Origin: Kofleriaceae bacterium
GTDB taxonomy: Bacteria > Myxococcota_A > Polyangia > Haliangiales > Haliangiaceae
DNA length: 64,000 bases
Direction: 5' to 3'
Assembly: GCA_046597055.1 (NCBI GenBank)
Contig: JBKJLC010000113.1
Location: 19,684 to 83,683, forward strand
In this document: positions 51,400 to 63,963 of the stretch, in pieces
How the letters are laid out: each line of letters opens with the position of its first letter
How positions within the stretch are numbered: position 1 is the first letter of the stretch
Notes under the pieces: model-generated
What the model saw: only the letters and a program-made list of their open reading frames with translations
What the model was told of the DNA's origin: nothing
Database searches by the model: none
Translations under genes and position numbers: made by a program

Positions 51400-53223
51400 T
51401 CAGGGCGCGCTGCGGGCGAACCCGCCGTCCAGGAAGCCGTACGAGGCGGTCAGCGAGAGCCCGAGGAACACCTCGCCAACCGCAAGCCGCACCTCGCCGC
51501 CGGCGCGCACGCTCGAGGCCCGGTTGAGCGTCCAGGTCCAGCCGGCCAGGCCGGTCAGCGAGCCGCCCCGATCGGGATCGCCGTCCTCCGCCATGGCGTC
51601 GTCATCGCCGTCGCTCGACAGCGCGGCGATCGCGCCGGCGTCGAGCACGCCGAGCAGCTCGCCGTGATCCCCATGGGCGAACTTGCGGAAGCGGCCGCCG
51701 GCCGCGATCCGCCACGGCGTGGGAGTCGCCTCGGGCGTGAACAGCCGGTAGCGGGCGTCGAGCCAGGCCTCACCATCCGACGACGGCGTGAGCTGCCGGG
51801 CCGCGCGTGCGCGCAGCAAGACTTGCTCGTAGCGACCCTCGAGCGCGGTGGCGACCGCGTCGTCGTCCTGGTTGTCACGCAGCAGGTAGCTCTCGCCGAA
51901 CAGGATCTGCACGTCGAGGCCGCTCGGGCGGCTGTCGAAGCTCGGATCGCGCAGCACCTCGAGCAGCTCGTAGGTGGTGCCGGCGTCGGGCTCGCCCAGC
52001 AGGACGCCGGCCTCGCGCAGGATCGCGACGGTGGCGGTGAGCTGGCGGTAGCCGGTGCGATCGCGGCGGAGCGCCCACCACGTCGATTGCAGGCGACGCG
52101 CCAGCCCGTCGTCGATCGGCCGGCCCAGGGCCCGCGCCCGCTCGAGCGCGCGCGCCAGCTGCTGCACCCGCAGGCGCGGCCCGACCTCGAGCACGCGGCC
52201 CCAGCCACCGCCGAGCGCGAGCGCGAGATCGGCGACCAGGCGCGAGTCCTTCACGATCGACATGCCGTCGTTGCCGGTCACCGACAGGTAGTGCAGCTGC
52301 GGCGCGAGCACGACCTGGCCGATACCGTAGACGCCAGGGCCGCCGTAGGCGCGCGCCTCGCCGGCAACCGCGGCGGCCACCGCGACCGTCCGCGAGCTCG
52401 CCGGGCCGTCAGGATCGAGGACGCCGACCAGGGTATCGACGTCGGCCGTGACGCCCCACGCGAAGCGCTCGCGCTCGAGCCGGCGCTGGTAGCGGCTGTC
52501 GGTGTCGAGCGTGAAGCTGGTGCGGTCGCGCACGGTGTCCCAGCCGAGCTGCGCGCCGCCGACCGCGAAGGTCAGGGACTCGCTGGCGGCCAGCACGTCG
52601 TCGTCCCAACGCGGGGCATCGGGCAGCGGCGCCGGCTGGTTGGTCCCGAGGATGCCGACGCCCGCCACCGGCGGGGGCGGGATGGGCTGCCGGTCGGGCG
52701 CGGGCCCGCGGGCGTCGGGCTCGCCCCCGGGCACGACGGGGGCGCCGCCGATGGGCCGGTCAGGGGGCGGTGGGGGCGGCGGCTCTGGCCGCGGCGTCGG
52801 CGCCGGCGGCTTCGGAGCCGGTGGCGCGGGGGTTGCCCGGGGGCCGAGCTTGGCGAGCGCCTTGCGCGCCAGCTCGCGCTGGGCGCGATCGCGCGAGTTG
52901 TCGGCCGCGATCCGCTCGAGCGCCGGGATCGCCGCCGGATCGCCGAACCGGCCCAGGCCCTCGATCGCGATCTCGCCGATGATGTCGAACGACTCGCCCT
53001 CGGCGAGCCGGATCAGGACCGGCACCGCCTTGCGATCGCCGCCGATGATCAGCTTGCGAGCCGCGTCGCGGCGCTGCTCCTTCCAGAGCGCCCGGTCGAC
53101 CCCGGCCGGCTGCTTCTCGATCACCGCGATCAGGCTGGCGATGTCGGCCTGGGCGGCGGCCGAGCGGGGCGCAGCCACCGCGGCCACCGCGGCCGCCACC
53201 AGCGCGTAGCGTGGCCGCGTCAT
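51400..53223 (-). CDS. Secreted HEAT-repeat protein with Pro-rich linker and probable beta-barrel C-terminus
   Basis: Signal peptide, AVPVLI..GLGRFGDPAAIPAL, poly-Pro, amphipathic strands. Confidence 0.75.
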   Translation of the reverse strand: MTRPRYALVAAAVAAVAAPRSAAAQADIASLIAVIEKQPAGVDRALWKEQRRDAARKLIIGGDRKAVPVLIRLAEGESFDIIGEIAIEGLGRFGDPAAIPALERIAADNSRDRAQRELARKALAKLGPRATPAPPAPKPPAPTPRPEPPPPPPPDRPIGGAPVVPGGEPDARGPAPDRQPIPPPPVAGVGILGTNQPAPLPDAPRWDDDVLAASESLTFAVGGAQLGWDTVRDRTSFTLDTDSRYQRRLERERFAWGVTADVDTLVGVLDPDGPASSRTVAVAAAVAGEARAYGGPGVYGIGQVVLAPQLHYLSVTGNDGMSIVKDSRLVADLALALGGGWGRVLEVGPRLRVQQLARALERARALGRPIDDGLARRLQSTWWALRRDRTGYRQLTATVAILREAGVLLGEPDAGTTYELLEVLRDPSFDSRPSGLDVQILFGESYLLRDNQDDDAVATALEGRYEQVLLRARAARQLTPSSDGEAWLDARYRLFTPEATPTPWRIAAGGRFRKFAHGDHGELLGVLDAGAIAALSSDGDDDAMAEDGDPDRGGSLTGLAGWTWTLNRASSVRAGGEVRLAVGEVFLGLSLTASYGFLDGGFARSAP

Positions 53224-53600
53224 CAGTTGTCCCCGTACTGCCAGCAGAACGGATCCTCGTACGGATGAGGCGCGCCCAGGCCGCGCAGCTCGTCGCAGGT
53301 CGAGGTCGCGACGCACGCGATCACGACCGTCGCGCGATCCTCGATCATCCGCTCGAGATCGTCGACGCAGCGCCCCCAGTCGCGGACCCCAGGCTCCTCG
53401 GCCTCGGTCGGCAGCGCGCCGCACTCGACCAGGCGCCAGCACGCCGCCTCGGGGGTCCGGGCGCTGTCGTCGCAGCCGGCCAGTTGACCGCCGGCGGCAC
53501 ACGGGCCGCGGGCGCCCTCCTTGAAACCGTCGTCGTCGTCGCAGGCCGCGCACCCGAGCGCGACCGCGGTGGCGACCGCGAGCAAGAAAAGACGTCGCAT
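53223..53600 (-). CDS. Small Cys-rich lipoprotein
   Basis: Signal with LGC/AAC, ACWRLVECG, CVATSTCDEL, TATCAT 7 nt upstream. Confidence 0.7.
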   Translation of the reverse strand: MRRLFLLAVATAVALGCAACDDDDGFKEGARGPCAAGGQLAGCDDSARTPEAACWRLVECGALPTEAEEPGVRDWGRCVDDLERMIEDRATVVIACVATSTCDELRGLGAPHPYEDPFCWQYGDN

Positions 53601-53607
53601 CGGCGCG

Positions 53608-53658
53608 ATGATACGGGAACTGCCATGCGCGCGCGCGAGGGCCACCGTGGCTTATGAT
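53608..53658. promoter_or_regulatory. Divergent pair of putative leaderless -10 boxes (TATCAT minus, TATGAT plus)
   Basis: Each lies 7 nt from a start codon (53600 and 53666). Confidence 0.5.
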
Positions 53659-53665
53659 GGGGCCG

Positions 53666-54631
53666 ATGAGCGAGCCACCCCTGGGCGTGCGCGAGGAGAG
53701 CCTCGGCCACTACGAGATGCTGTGGGACTGCCCGCACTGCGAGACCAAGAAGCTGCTGGGCAAGACCCACCGCCACTGTCCGCACTGCGGCGCGCCGCAG
53801 GATTCGACCAAGCGCTACTTCCCGAGCGACGCCGACAAGGTGAAGGTCGAGGACCACGTCTTCACCGGCACCGACCTCACGTGTGGCTCGTGCGGTGCCG
53901 CGCAGTCGGCGAAGGCCGAGCACTGCGGCCAGTGCGGCGCTCCGGTCGGTGGCGCCAAGGCGGTGCCGCTGGTCACCGAGGCCAAGCCGGTGGCGAAGCG
54001 GAGGCGAAGCTATGTCGGATGGATCCTCATGGGCCTGGTGCTGGTCGGGGGGCTGGTGTGGTTCCAGTGCGTGCGCAAGAAGACGGTCGGCATGCTGGTG
54101 ACCGGGCACAGCTGGGCCACCGCGATCACGGTCGAGGAGTACCGCGAGGTCGCCGACGAGGCCTGGCGCGACCAGGTGCCGACCGGCGCGCGCCAGGTGA
54201 GCTGCATGCGCAAGCAGCGGTCGACCCGCAGCGTGCCCGACGGCGAGCGGTGCGCCGACGAGAAGAAGGACAAGGGCGACGGCACCTTCGAGGTCGTCCG
54301 CAAATGCACGCCCCAGACCAAGCAGGAGGGCGTCGACGGCGATCACTGTCGGTTCCAGATCGATCGCTGGATCAAGGTCGAGGACCTCAAGCAGGCCGGC
54401 AAGGGCCTGGTCACCGCCTGGGCGACCCCGCCCGCGGCCGCGGTGCAGCAGGGCCAGGGCGCGCGTCGGACCGGCGCGAAGCAGGCAACCTACCTGCTCG
54501 AGCTCAACGACGGCAAGCGCAAGCACACCTGCGAGGTCGAGGAGGCGGTCTGGAAGAAGTATGCCGACGGCGCGCAGATCAAGGCCAAGGTGCGCGCCTC
54601 GAGCGGCGAGCTGGTCTGCTCGGAGCTGTGA
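53666..54631 (+). CDS. Zinc-ribbon membrane protein
   Basis: CPHC x2, CGSC, CGQC, one TM helix, Cys-containing beta-rich C-terminus. Confidence 0.82.
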   Translation: MSEPPLGVREESLGHYEMLWDCPHCETKKLLGKTHRHCPHCGAPQDSTKRYFPSDADKVKVEDHVFTGTDLTCGSCGAAQSAKAEHCGQCGAPVGGAKAVPLVTEAKPVAKRRRSYVGWILMGLVLVGGLVWFQCVRKKTVGMLVTGHSWATAITVEEYREVADEAWRDQVPTGARQVSCMRKQRSTRSVPDGERCADEKKDKGDGTFEVVRKCTPQTKQEGVDGDHCRFQIDRWIKVEDLKQAGKGLVTAWATPPAAAVQQGQGARRTGAKQATYLLELNDGKRKHTCEVEEAVWKKYADGAQIKAKVRASSGELVCSEL

Positions 54632-54678
54632 TCGCGACGGGCCGATCGTAGGGCCTCGGGGCCGTTAGGGCCCCACCG

Positions 54679-54890
54679 TCACCGGAGCGCGGGCCTGCGG
54701 GCCGCGGGCCCGACGAGCTCGGCGACCACGTCGGCCACCACGCGTTCGCGCGTCTCGCAGCCACGCCGGGTCGACACCAGGCTCCGATCGTCGCTCAGGC
54801 GGATGAAGTGCGGGGTCGCGCGGGTCGTGTCGAGCGGGTCAAGCGCCCAGGTCGCGTACAGTCGGGCTGCCGGGGTCCCGGTGCCCACGC
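54679..54890 (-). pseudogene. Possible 5'-truncated gene remnant
   Basis: Protein-like TPAARLYATWAL..VSTRRGCE..VVADVV with no credible start. Confidence 0.3.
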
Positions 54891-54964
54891 AGGCCCGGTT
54901 CGATCTGCCGTTCACCACGCGCAAGACACCGGCGCACCGCTCGCGGTTGCGCCCGGTGCCGGCG

Positions 54965-57121
<2,157 letters not shown>

Positions 57122-57259
57122 GCGGGCTTCCTCACGAGGTCCGCGAGCGGTTCATCGCGGTTTACCACGGTGGTTCGCAGCTTGTCTCTGCGAGGCGACG
57201 TCAGTACCACGCAACCGGGGCGGGGCTCCGGCGATACCACGCCGCACCCGGAGATGAGC

Positions 57260-57496
57260 ATGTCGAACCTTCATGATCTGTCGCCCGCTGGCACCGTCCA
57301 CCTTCACAAGGCGCAGCTCGAGGTCGCGCTCGACCACGCGCGCAACGATCACGCCGGGTACGACCCCCGCGCCGAAGGGTCGCGGTGCCCGGCGGTCAGC
57401 GGCGAGATCGTCCGGACCCGGTCGTGGACGATCCCGGTCGTGGTCCTGACCGCCGTCCTGCTCGTCACCAGCGTCGTGCTCTCGGTCGTCCTCTGA
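57260..57496 (+). CDS. Small protein with C-terminal TM helix
   Basis: GGAG RBS, C-terminal IPVVVLTAVLLVTSVVLSVVL. Confidence 0.5.
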   Translation: MSNLHDLSPAGTVHLHKAQLEVALDHARNDHAGYDPRAEGSRCPAVSGEIVRTRSWTIPVVVLTAVLLVTSVVLSVVL

Positions 57497-57532
57497 CCCG
57501 CCTGGCCATGCGCGCCCGAGGCGAGGCGCCCT

Positions 57533-59065
57533 TCAGGCGCTGACGACCTCGTCGCGCAGGTAGTCCCGCTTCTTGCCGGCGATGCCGCACGCCTCGCGCG
57601 CGGCGCTCCAGCCCGCGACCAGATCGCCCTCGACGCCGAGGGTCGGCAGCACCTGACCCGAGGCCAGGGTCAGGTTCTTCACGCCGCCCGCGTAGGGCGC
57701 GGCGGCCAGCCCCGACGAGCCCTCGAGCGTGCCGGCGTAGACCGGCGCCATCACCGCGGGCAAGCCCTTGCCGAGCTCGAAGCCGCTGCGGCCGTCGCGC
57801 CCGTCGCGCGCATCCGGCGCGATCGGTGCCACCGCCTCGTGCGGCGAGTGCAGCAGCACCAGGTGCTCGCGCGCGTACGGCATGACCTGCTCGAGCCGGT
57901 CGAGCAGGCCGGTCCGCAGCGCCGCGGTGCGCGCCGCCAGCTCGTCGGCCGGTAGCGCGGCGCCATCGCTGCCCGCCGGCACCACCGCCGCGACCGTCAC
58001 GACCACCCGGCCCTGATCGTCGGGCTCGGCGGTGTGGATCGCGAACGCGTTGGCGCCCGCCATCGGACCGTCGAGGTCGTCGACGCACAGCACGGTCGGC
58101 GCCATCCCTTCCGGCACGCCGGCGGCGTCGATCACGAGGTTGAGGACGTAGCGCCAGCCGAGCACGCGCCCGGCGCCGGCGATCTCGACCAGGCGGCGCG
58201 GCGGCTTCTTGCCGAACAGCGGGAGGAGCTCGCTGGCCGGGCTCGCGACCAGGAGCTGGACGGCGCCGAGCTCCTCGCCCGAGGCCAGCTTGACCGCGGT
58301 GATCTTGCTCCAGCCCTGCACGATCTCGGTGACCACCGCGATCCGCATCTCGCCGCCGGCGGCCGCGAGCTTCTCGATCAGCAGCTCGCGCAGGCCGGTG
58401 CCGTCGCCGCGCATCGGCGGCGCGCCCTGGCGCCACAGGTCGAGGGCGCGCGCGATCGCGACCGGCGGTGGATCGACCGCGCGGCTCCCGATCGCGGCCA
58501 CCAGGCGCGTCAGCGTGGCGGCGGGCGCGGGCAGCGCCTCGACCTTGGCCCACCACGCGGCGGCGGTGTCGGCCAGGCGCGCGGTCTGCTTGTTCACGTC
58601 GCGGCGCTCGAAGAAGCCGACCCCGGGGAACGCGTCTTCGCCCTCGAGCACCGCGTCGGCGGCGCGCGCGACGTCGACCGCCTCGGCCCACACCGCCGCG
58701 ATCGCCGCGGCCGCGTCGGGCAGCTCGCGCTCGAGCTCGCGCAGCTGGCCGGCGGCATCGGACACCAGGTCGAGCCGGACGTCGGGCCCGACCAGCTGCG
58801 CGGCGGTGCGCACCTCGCGGACCTTGCGCTTGAGCGCGTGATCGAGCCCGAGCTCACGGATCACGCGGGCGGCGGCGCCCGCGCCACGGCCGGGCAGCAG
58901 GCCGGGCTCGACCGGCAACCGGAACGGCCCCAGCGTGTAGCGCGCCGGGCGATCCTCGTGGCCGATCACCAGCGTGCGGAGTCCGCGCCGCGCGCACAGG
59001 GCCGCCGCGACCAGCCCGGCCAGGTCGTCGCCCAGGACGATCAGGTCGTATGAGTTAGTTGGCAT
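57533..59065 (-). CDS. Phytoene-desaturase-like FAD-dependent oxidoreductase family protein
   Basis: YDLIVLGDDLAGLVAAAL, KLAAAGGE, KNLTLASGQVLPTLGVEG. Confidence 0.8.
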   Translation of the reverse strand: MPTNSYDLIVLGDDLAGLVAAALCARRGLRTLVIGHEDRPARYTLGPFRLPVEPGLLPGRGAGAAARVIRELGLDHALKRKVREVRTAAQLVGPDVRLDLVSDAAGQLRELERELPDAAAAIAAVWAEAVDVARAADAVLEGEDAFPGVGFFERRDVNKQTARLADTAAAWWAKVEALPAPAATLTRLVAAIGSRAVDPPPVAIARALDLWRQGAPPMRGDGTGLRELLIEKLAAAGGEMRIAVVTEIVQGWSKITAVKLASGEELGAVQLLVASPASELLPLFGKKPPRRLVEIAGAGRVLGWRYVLNLVIDAAGVPEGMAPTVLCVDDLDGPMAGANAFAIHTAEPDDQGRVVVTVAAVVPAGSDGAALPADELAARTAALRTGLLDRLEQVMPYAREHLVLLHSPHEAVAPIAPDARDGRDGRSGFELGKGLPAVMAPVYAGTLEGSSGLAAAPYAGGVKNLTLASGQVLPTLGVEGDLVAGWSAAREACGIAGKKRDYLRDEVVSA

Positions 59066-59225
59066 CCGCGCGCCAGAGGGAGGCAGACCCCGCACATGAC
59101 CCGTGACCTCGTGCCCGCAGCGTCACTATTGACCGCTCACTTCATGCGCGGGGCGAGCTCGGTGGCGTCCGCGCGCCAGTGGGCGGCGGCCCCCGTGACC
59201 GCTCACTTCGTTCGCTGGGGTGGCG

Positions 59226-59849
59226 TCAATCGGCATCCAGGTCGCCCGCGGACGTGACCCGGCGACCTTCGCACACGAGCCGGCCGCGGGCCAGGGCCCG
59301 GGCGACCGCGGGCAACAGCCGATGCTCCTCGGCCTGGATGCGGTGCTGCAGGCTCGCGGCGTCGTCGCCGGGCAGGACCGGCACCGTGCGCTGCGCGATG
59401 ATCGGCCCGGTGTCGACGCCACCATCGACGAAGTGCACCGTCACGCCGGCGAGCTTCACGCCGTAGGCGATCGCCTGCGCGGCGGCGTCCACGCCCGGGA
59501 ACGCCGGCAGGAGCGACGGATGGGTGTTCACGATCGGCCCGCCCATGCCCTCGATGAAGGTCGGCGTGAGCACGCGCATGAAGCCGGCGAGGATCACGGC
59601 GTCGACCCGGTGCTCGACCAGCCGCGCGAGGAGCGCGCGCTCGAAGCCGGCCCGGTCAGCGCCGAAAGGCTTGTGATCGACGACGTGGGCCGGCTTGCCG
59701 GCGTCGGCCGCGATCGTCAGCGCGCCGGCGCCGGGCCGGTTGGACACCACCACCACGACCTCGCCGGGGGCGAGCGCACCACGTTGCTCGGCGGCCAGCA
59801 GGGCCGCGAGGTTCGACCCGCGACCCGACACCAGCACGCCGAAGCGCAT
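59226..59849 (-). CDS. purN: Phosphoribosylglycinamide formyltransferase
   Basis: SGRGSNL, LAGFMR, NTHPSLLP, GVTVHFVD..DTGPII, EH. Confidence 0.97.
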   Translation of the reverse strand: MRFGVLVSGRGSNLAALLAAEQRGALAPGEVVVVVSNRPGAGALTIAADAGKPAHVVDHKPFGADRAGFERALLARLVEHRVDAVILAGFMRVLTPTFIEGMGGPIVNTHPSLLPAFPGVDAAAQAIAYGVKLAGVTVHFVDGGVDTGPIIAQRTVPVLPGDDAASLQHRIQAEEHRLLPAVARALARGRLVCEGRRVTSAGDLDAD

Positions 59850-60889
59850 CAGGCGTCTCCGACGAAGCGGCTCGGCTCGCCGCCGGCGCGCGGCACCAGC
59901 CGGCCGACCACCCGGCCCTGCCAGGGCGCCAGGGTGGCGACCGCGGCGTCGGCCGCCTCGGGCGGCACCACGATCACCATGCCGAGGCCGCCGTTGAACG
60001 TACGGCGCAGCTCCAGCTCGCCGACCCCGGCGGTCGCGATGAGCCGGATGATGCCCGGCACCTCCCAGGTCGCGGGGTCGAGCTCGACCGCCAGCGTGTC
60101 ATCGGCGAGGAAGCGGGGCGGGTTCTCGACCAGGCCGCCGCCGGTGATGTGCGCGGCGGCCTTCCACGGCGCCGCCGCCGCGGTCATGGCGCGGAACGCC
60201 GGCGCGTAGATGATGGTCGGCCGCATCAGCTCATCCGAGACCGTGGCGCCCCCGAGCTCGGCCGGGGTCGCGTGCCACGGCAGCGCCAGCACCTCGAGCA
60301 CGACCTTGCGCGCCAGCGAGTGCCCGTTGGAGTGCAGGCCGCTCGACGGCAGGCCGATGACCACGTCGCCGGCGCCGAGATCGCGGCGGGGCCGGATCGC
60401 GTCGCGGTCGACCACGCCGACGCAGAACCCAGCCAGGTCGTAGTCCTGGTCGGCGTAGAGCCCGGGCAGCTCGGCGGTCTCGCCGCCGACCAGCGCGCAG
60501 CCGGCCTGGCGGCAGCCCTCCGCGATCCCGGCGATCACGCGGGTCGCGACCTCGACGTCGAGCTTGCCGGCCGCGAAGTAGTCGAGGAAGAACAGCGGGT
60601 CGGCGCCGGTCACCAGCACGTCGTTGACGCACATCGCGACCAGGTCGATCCCGACCGTGTCGTGCCGGCCGGTGGCCAGCGCGGTCTTCAGCTTGGTGCC
60701 GACACCGTCGGTGCCCGACACCAGGATCGGCTCGCGCAGCCCGGTCGGCAGGCGGCACAGGGCCGCGAACCCACCGATCCCGCCGAGCACCTCGGGCCGC
60801 ATCGTCGCCTTGGCCAGCGGCCGGATGCGGTCGATCAGCCGGTTGCCGGCATCGATGTCGACCCCTGCGTCCTTGTACGTGATCGCCAT
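59849..60889 (-). CDS. purM: Phosphoribosylformylglycinamidine cyclo-ligase
   Basis: YKDAGVD, TDGVGTK, DLVAMCVND, GGETAE, SSGLHSNG, HITGGG. Confidence 0.97.
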   Translation of the reverse strand: MAITYKDAGVDIDAGNRLIDRIRPLAKATMRPEVLGGIGGFAALCRLPTGLREPILVSGTDGVGTKLKTALATGRHDTVGIDLVAMCVNDVLVTGADPLFFLDYFAAGKLDVEVATRVIAGIAEGCRQAGCALVGGETAELPGLYADQDYDLAGFCVGVVDRDAIRPRRDLGAGDVVIGLPSSGLHSNGHSLARKVVLEVLALPWHATPAELGGATVSDELMRPTIIYAPAFRAMTAAAAPWKAAAHITGGGLVENPPRFLADDTLAVELDPATWEVPGIIRLIATAGVGELELRRTFNGGLGMVIVVPPEAADAAVATLAPWQGRVVGRLVPRAGGEPSRFVGDA

Positions 60890-61006
60890 CGGGCGGGATG
60901 TCGCACGAATCAGGGCACTTGGAAAGCGGTCAGGAACGAAGTCGAAGGTCACCGGCGCGCCCCGCGGGTTTTGACGCGGTGCCATCGGGTCTCGTAGGAT
61001 CATCCG

Positions 61007-61669
61007 GTGCTGACCCGCCTGCGCACCGATGTCGTGGTCCCGGCGCAGAACGCACAGGAGACGCTCCCGCAGCTGCTGGCGCTCCTGCAGACCCGCGAGG
61101 TGCGCTCGGTGATCGTGGTGGACCGGGGCTCGACCGACGGCACCGCCAACGTCGCCCGCGATCTGGGCGCGGTGGTCCTGCGCGAGGCGTCGGGCGGGTA
61201 TGGCGCGGCCTGCCTGCGCGCGCTGGCTCATTTCAGCGAGCAGCCCGAGCCGCCCGAGGTCGTGATGTTCGCGCCGGCCGAGGTGCCGCTGGGCCCGGGC
61301 GACGTCGCGGCCCTGGTCGGCCCGCTCGCCGACAAGGACGCCGAGCTCACCGTTGGCGTGCGCGGCCCGCGCATGGGCGTGCGCGACCGCGTGGTCACCG
61401 GGCTGATCAAGGCGGTCTATCGCCACCGCTTCCATGATCCGAGCCCGGTGCGCGCGATCCGGTTCCCCGCGCTGGTCGCGCTCGGCATGAGCGATCGCGG
61501 CGACGGCTGGAACGTCGAGATGCTGGTGCGCGCGCTCAAGCTCGGCCTCGGCATTCTCGAGGTCGGCGTCGGCGATGGCAGCCCGCGCCAGCGGCTACCG
61601 ATGAAGGCGGCCGCCGTCGCGGGGGGCCGGTCGCTGTTCCACATTTTGCGCCACGCCACCGTGCGCTGA
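61007..61669 (+). CDS. Glycosyltransferase family 2 fold protein, DxD motif absent
   Basis: VVPAQN, VVDRGSTDGT, GYGAAC, GWNVEM. Confidence 0.8.
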   Translation: MLTRLRTDVVVPAQNAQETLPQLLALLQTREVRSVIVVDRGSTDGTANVARDLGAVVLREASGGYGAACLRALAHFSEQPEPPEVVMFAPAEVPLGPGDVAALVGPLADKDAELTVGVRGPRMGVRDRVVTGLIKAVYRHRFHDPSPVRAIRFPALVALGMSDRGDGWNVEMLVRALKLGLGILEVGVGDGSPRQRLPMKAAAVAGGRSLFHILRHATVR

Positions 61670-61696
61670 CGACTTGATGAAACGAAGGGGGGCGCC

Positions 61697-62383
61697 GTGA
61701 CCGAGAGCCTGATCGATCGATTCGCGAAGGACTACGAGCCGGGGACCGTGCTGTTTCGCGAGGGCGATCCCGGCGACTTCATGTACGTGATCCAGTCGGG
61801 GTCGGTGGAGATCCGACGGGCGGTGGGCGATCTCGAGCGAGTACTCGCGGTGCTGCCGGCCGGCGAGTTCTTCGGGGAGATGGCGCTCATCAACGCGCGA
61901 CCACGCTCGGCGACCGCGGTCGTCCGCGAGCCGTCGCGGCTGCTGGTGATCGAGGCCCGCACGTTCGAGGCGATGCTGCGCGGCCGGGTCGAGATCGCGG
62001 TCCGCCTGATCCGGACGCTGGCGTCGCGGCTCGAGCGCGCCAACCAGCAGATCGAGCTGCTGCTCCTGCCCAACGCCAACCACCGGGTCGTGCAGTGCCT
62101 GCGCCGGATGGCCGAGGAGCAGATCCAGGCCTCCGGCGGCGTCGCGACCAGCGTCGAGGAGAGCGCGGTCTTCTTGCCGATCGACATCCATGAGCTCGCG
62201 CTGCGCGTGGCGCTCCCGCCGCACGAGGTCGCCGATATCGTGGCGCGGCTCAGCCATGCGCGGCTGCTGATGAACGCGCAAGACGCCGGCATCGCCGGCG
62301 TCGGCTACGTCATCCCCGAGGTCGGCCGCCTCCTCGAGTTCCTGGAGTTCTTGGAGCTGCGCGACCGCTACGGCGAGTTCTGA
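61697..62383 (+). CDS. Crp/Fnr-family cNMP-binding protein
   Basis: LFREGDPG, GEFFGEMAL..PRSATA, C-terminal HTH-like helices. Confidence 0.88.
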   Translation: MTESLIDRFAKDYEPGTVLFREGDPGDFMYVIQSGSVEIRRAVGDLERVLAVLPAGEFFGEMALINARPRSATAVVREPSRLLVIEARTFEAMLRGRVEIAVRLIRTLASRLERANQQIELLLLPNANHRVVQCLRRMAEEQIQASGGVATSVEESAVFLPIDIHELALRVALPPHEVADIVARLSHARLLMNAQDAGIAGVGYVIPEVGRLLEFLEFLELRDRYGEF

Positions 62384-62698
62384 TCAGGCGGCGGCGACGC
62401 CGTCGCGGATCTCGCAGACCTTCCGCACGAGGCGGGATAGCTCGTCGTTCTTGCCGTGGACGAGCGTCTCGATCTCGGGCGCCATCTGGTGCAGCTGGGC
62501 CGCCAGGGCGGTCGAGCTGGTGCCGGTCAGCAGGGTGGGGATCACCGCGGCGATATAGGTGCCCTCCCAGATCTCGCGCACCGCCGCGGCGGGAGAGCTG
62601 GCTTTCACCACATGAAAGCCTTCGGCCTCGAGCGCCCGGGAAATCTCTTCGCGGTCGGTCTCGATCTCGTTCACGACAAGGATGGAAGACGCGGACAT
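62384..62698 (-). CDS. Truncated atypical receiver-domain protein
   Basis: ILVV..REEISRALEAEGFHV..A, lacks acidic pocket and phosphoacceptor Asp. Confidence 0.7.
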   Translation of the reverse strand: MSASSILVVNEIETDREEISRALEAEGFHVVKASSPAAAVREIWEGTYIAAVIPTLLTGTSSTALAAQLHQMAPEIETLVHGKNDELSRLVRKVCEIRDGVAAA

Positions 62699-63005
62699 CG
62701 CAACCTCTCGAAGGCGCCGCGCCCTCGCGGGTCAGGGGCTAGACAGCGTCGCACCCCTCGCGGCCGTTCAGACAAGCCTGGCCGGAGATCCCGGCTGTCG
62801 TTCGTACCATTCGCGACAGATTACCTAACAGACTCGGCGCACGGCGGCGAGTAAATTTGAAGGCTTTCAGGCGTGTGGAGATCGAGATCCGACCCGACTC
62901 CCTCGCGCTTTCGCGAGGATCCGTCGCGCTCCCGGTCCTTCCGACAGCCGAGCGCGAGCAGGGGCGCTTGCGGTCGATCGGAGGATTCGGTATCTAGGCG
63001 CCCTG

Positions 63006-63938
<933 letters not shown>

Positions 63939-63963
63939 GCGCCCCGGGCGCGGCGGTCGGCGG

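Noticed and set aside
49456..53268. 1270-aa plus-strand ORF and similar long antisense ORFs
   Set aside because: In-register antisense of real genes, expected at this GC; no motifs.
59097..59227. CRISPR array
   Set aside because: Only two 14-bp copies, no further units, no cas genes.
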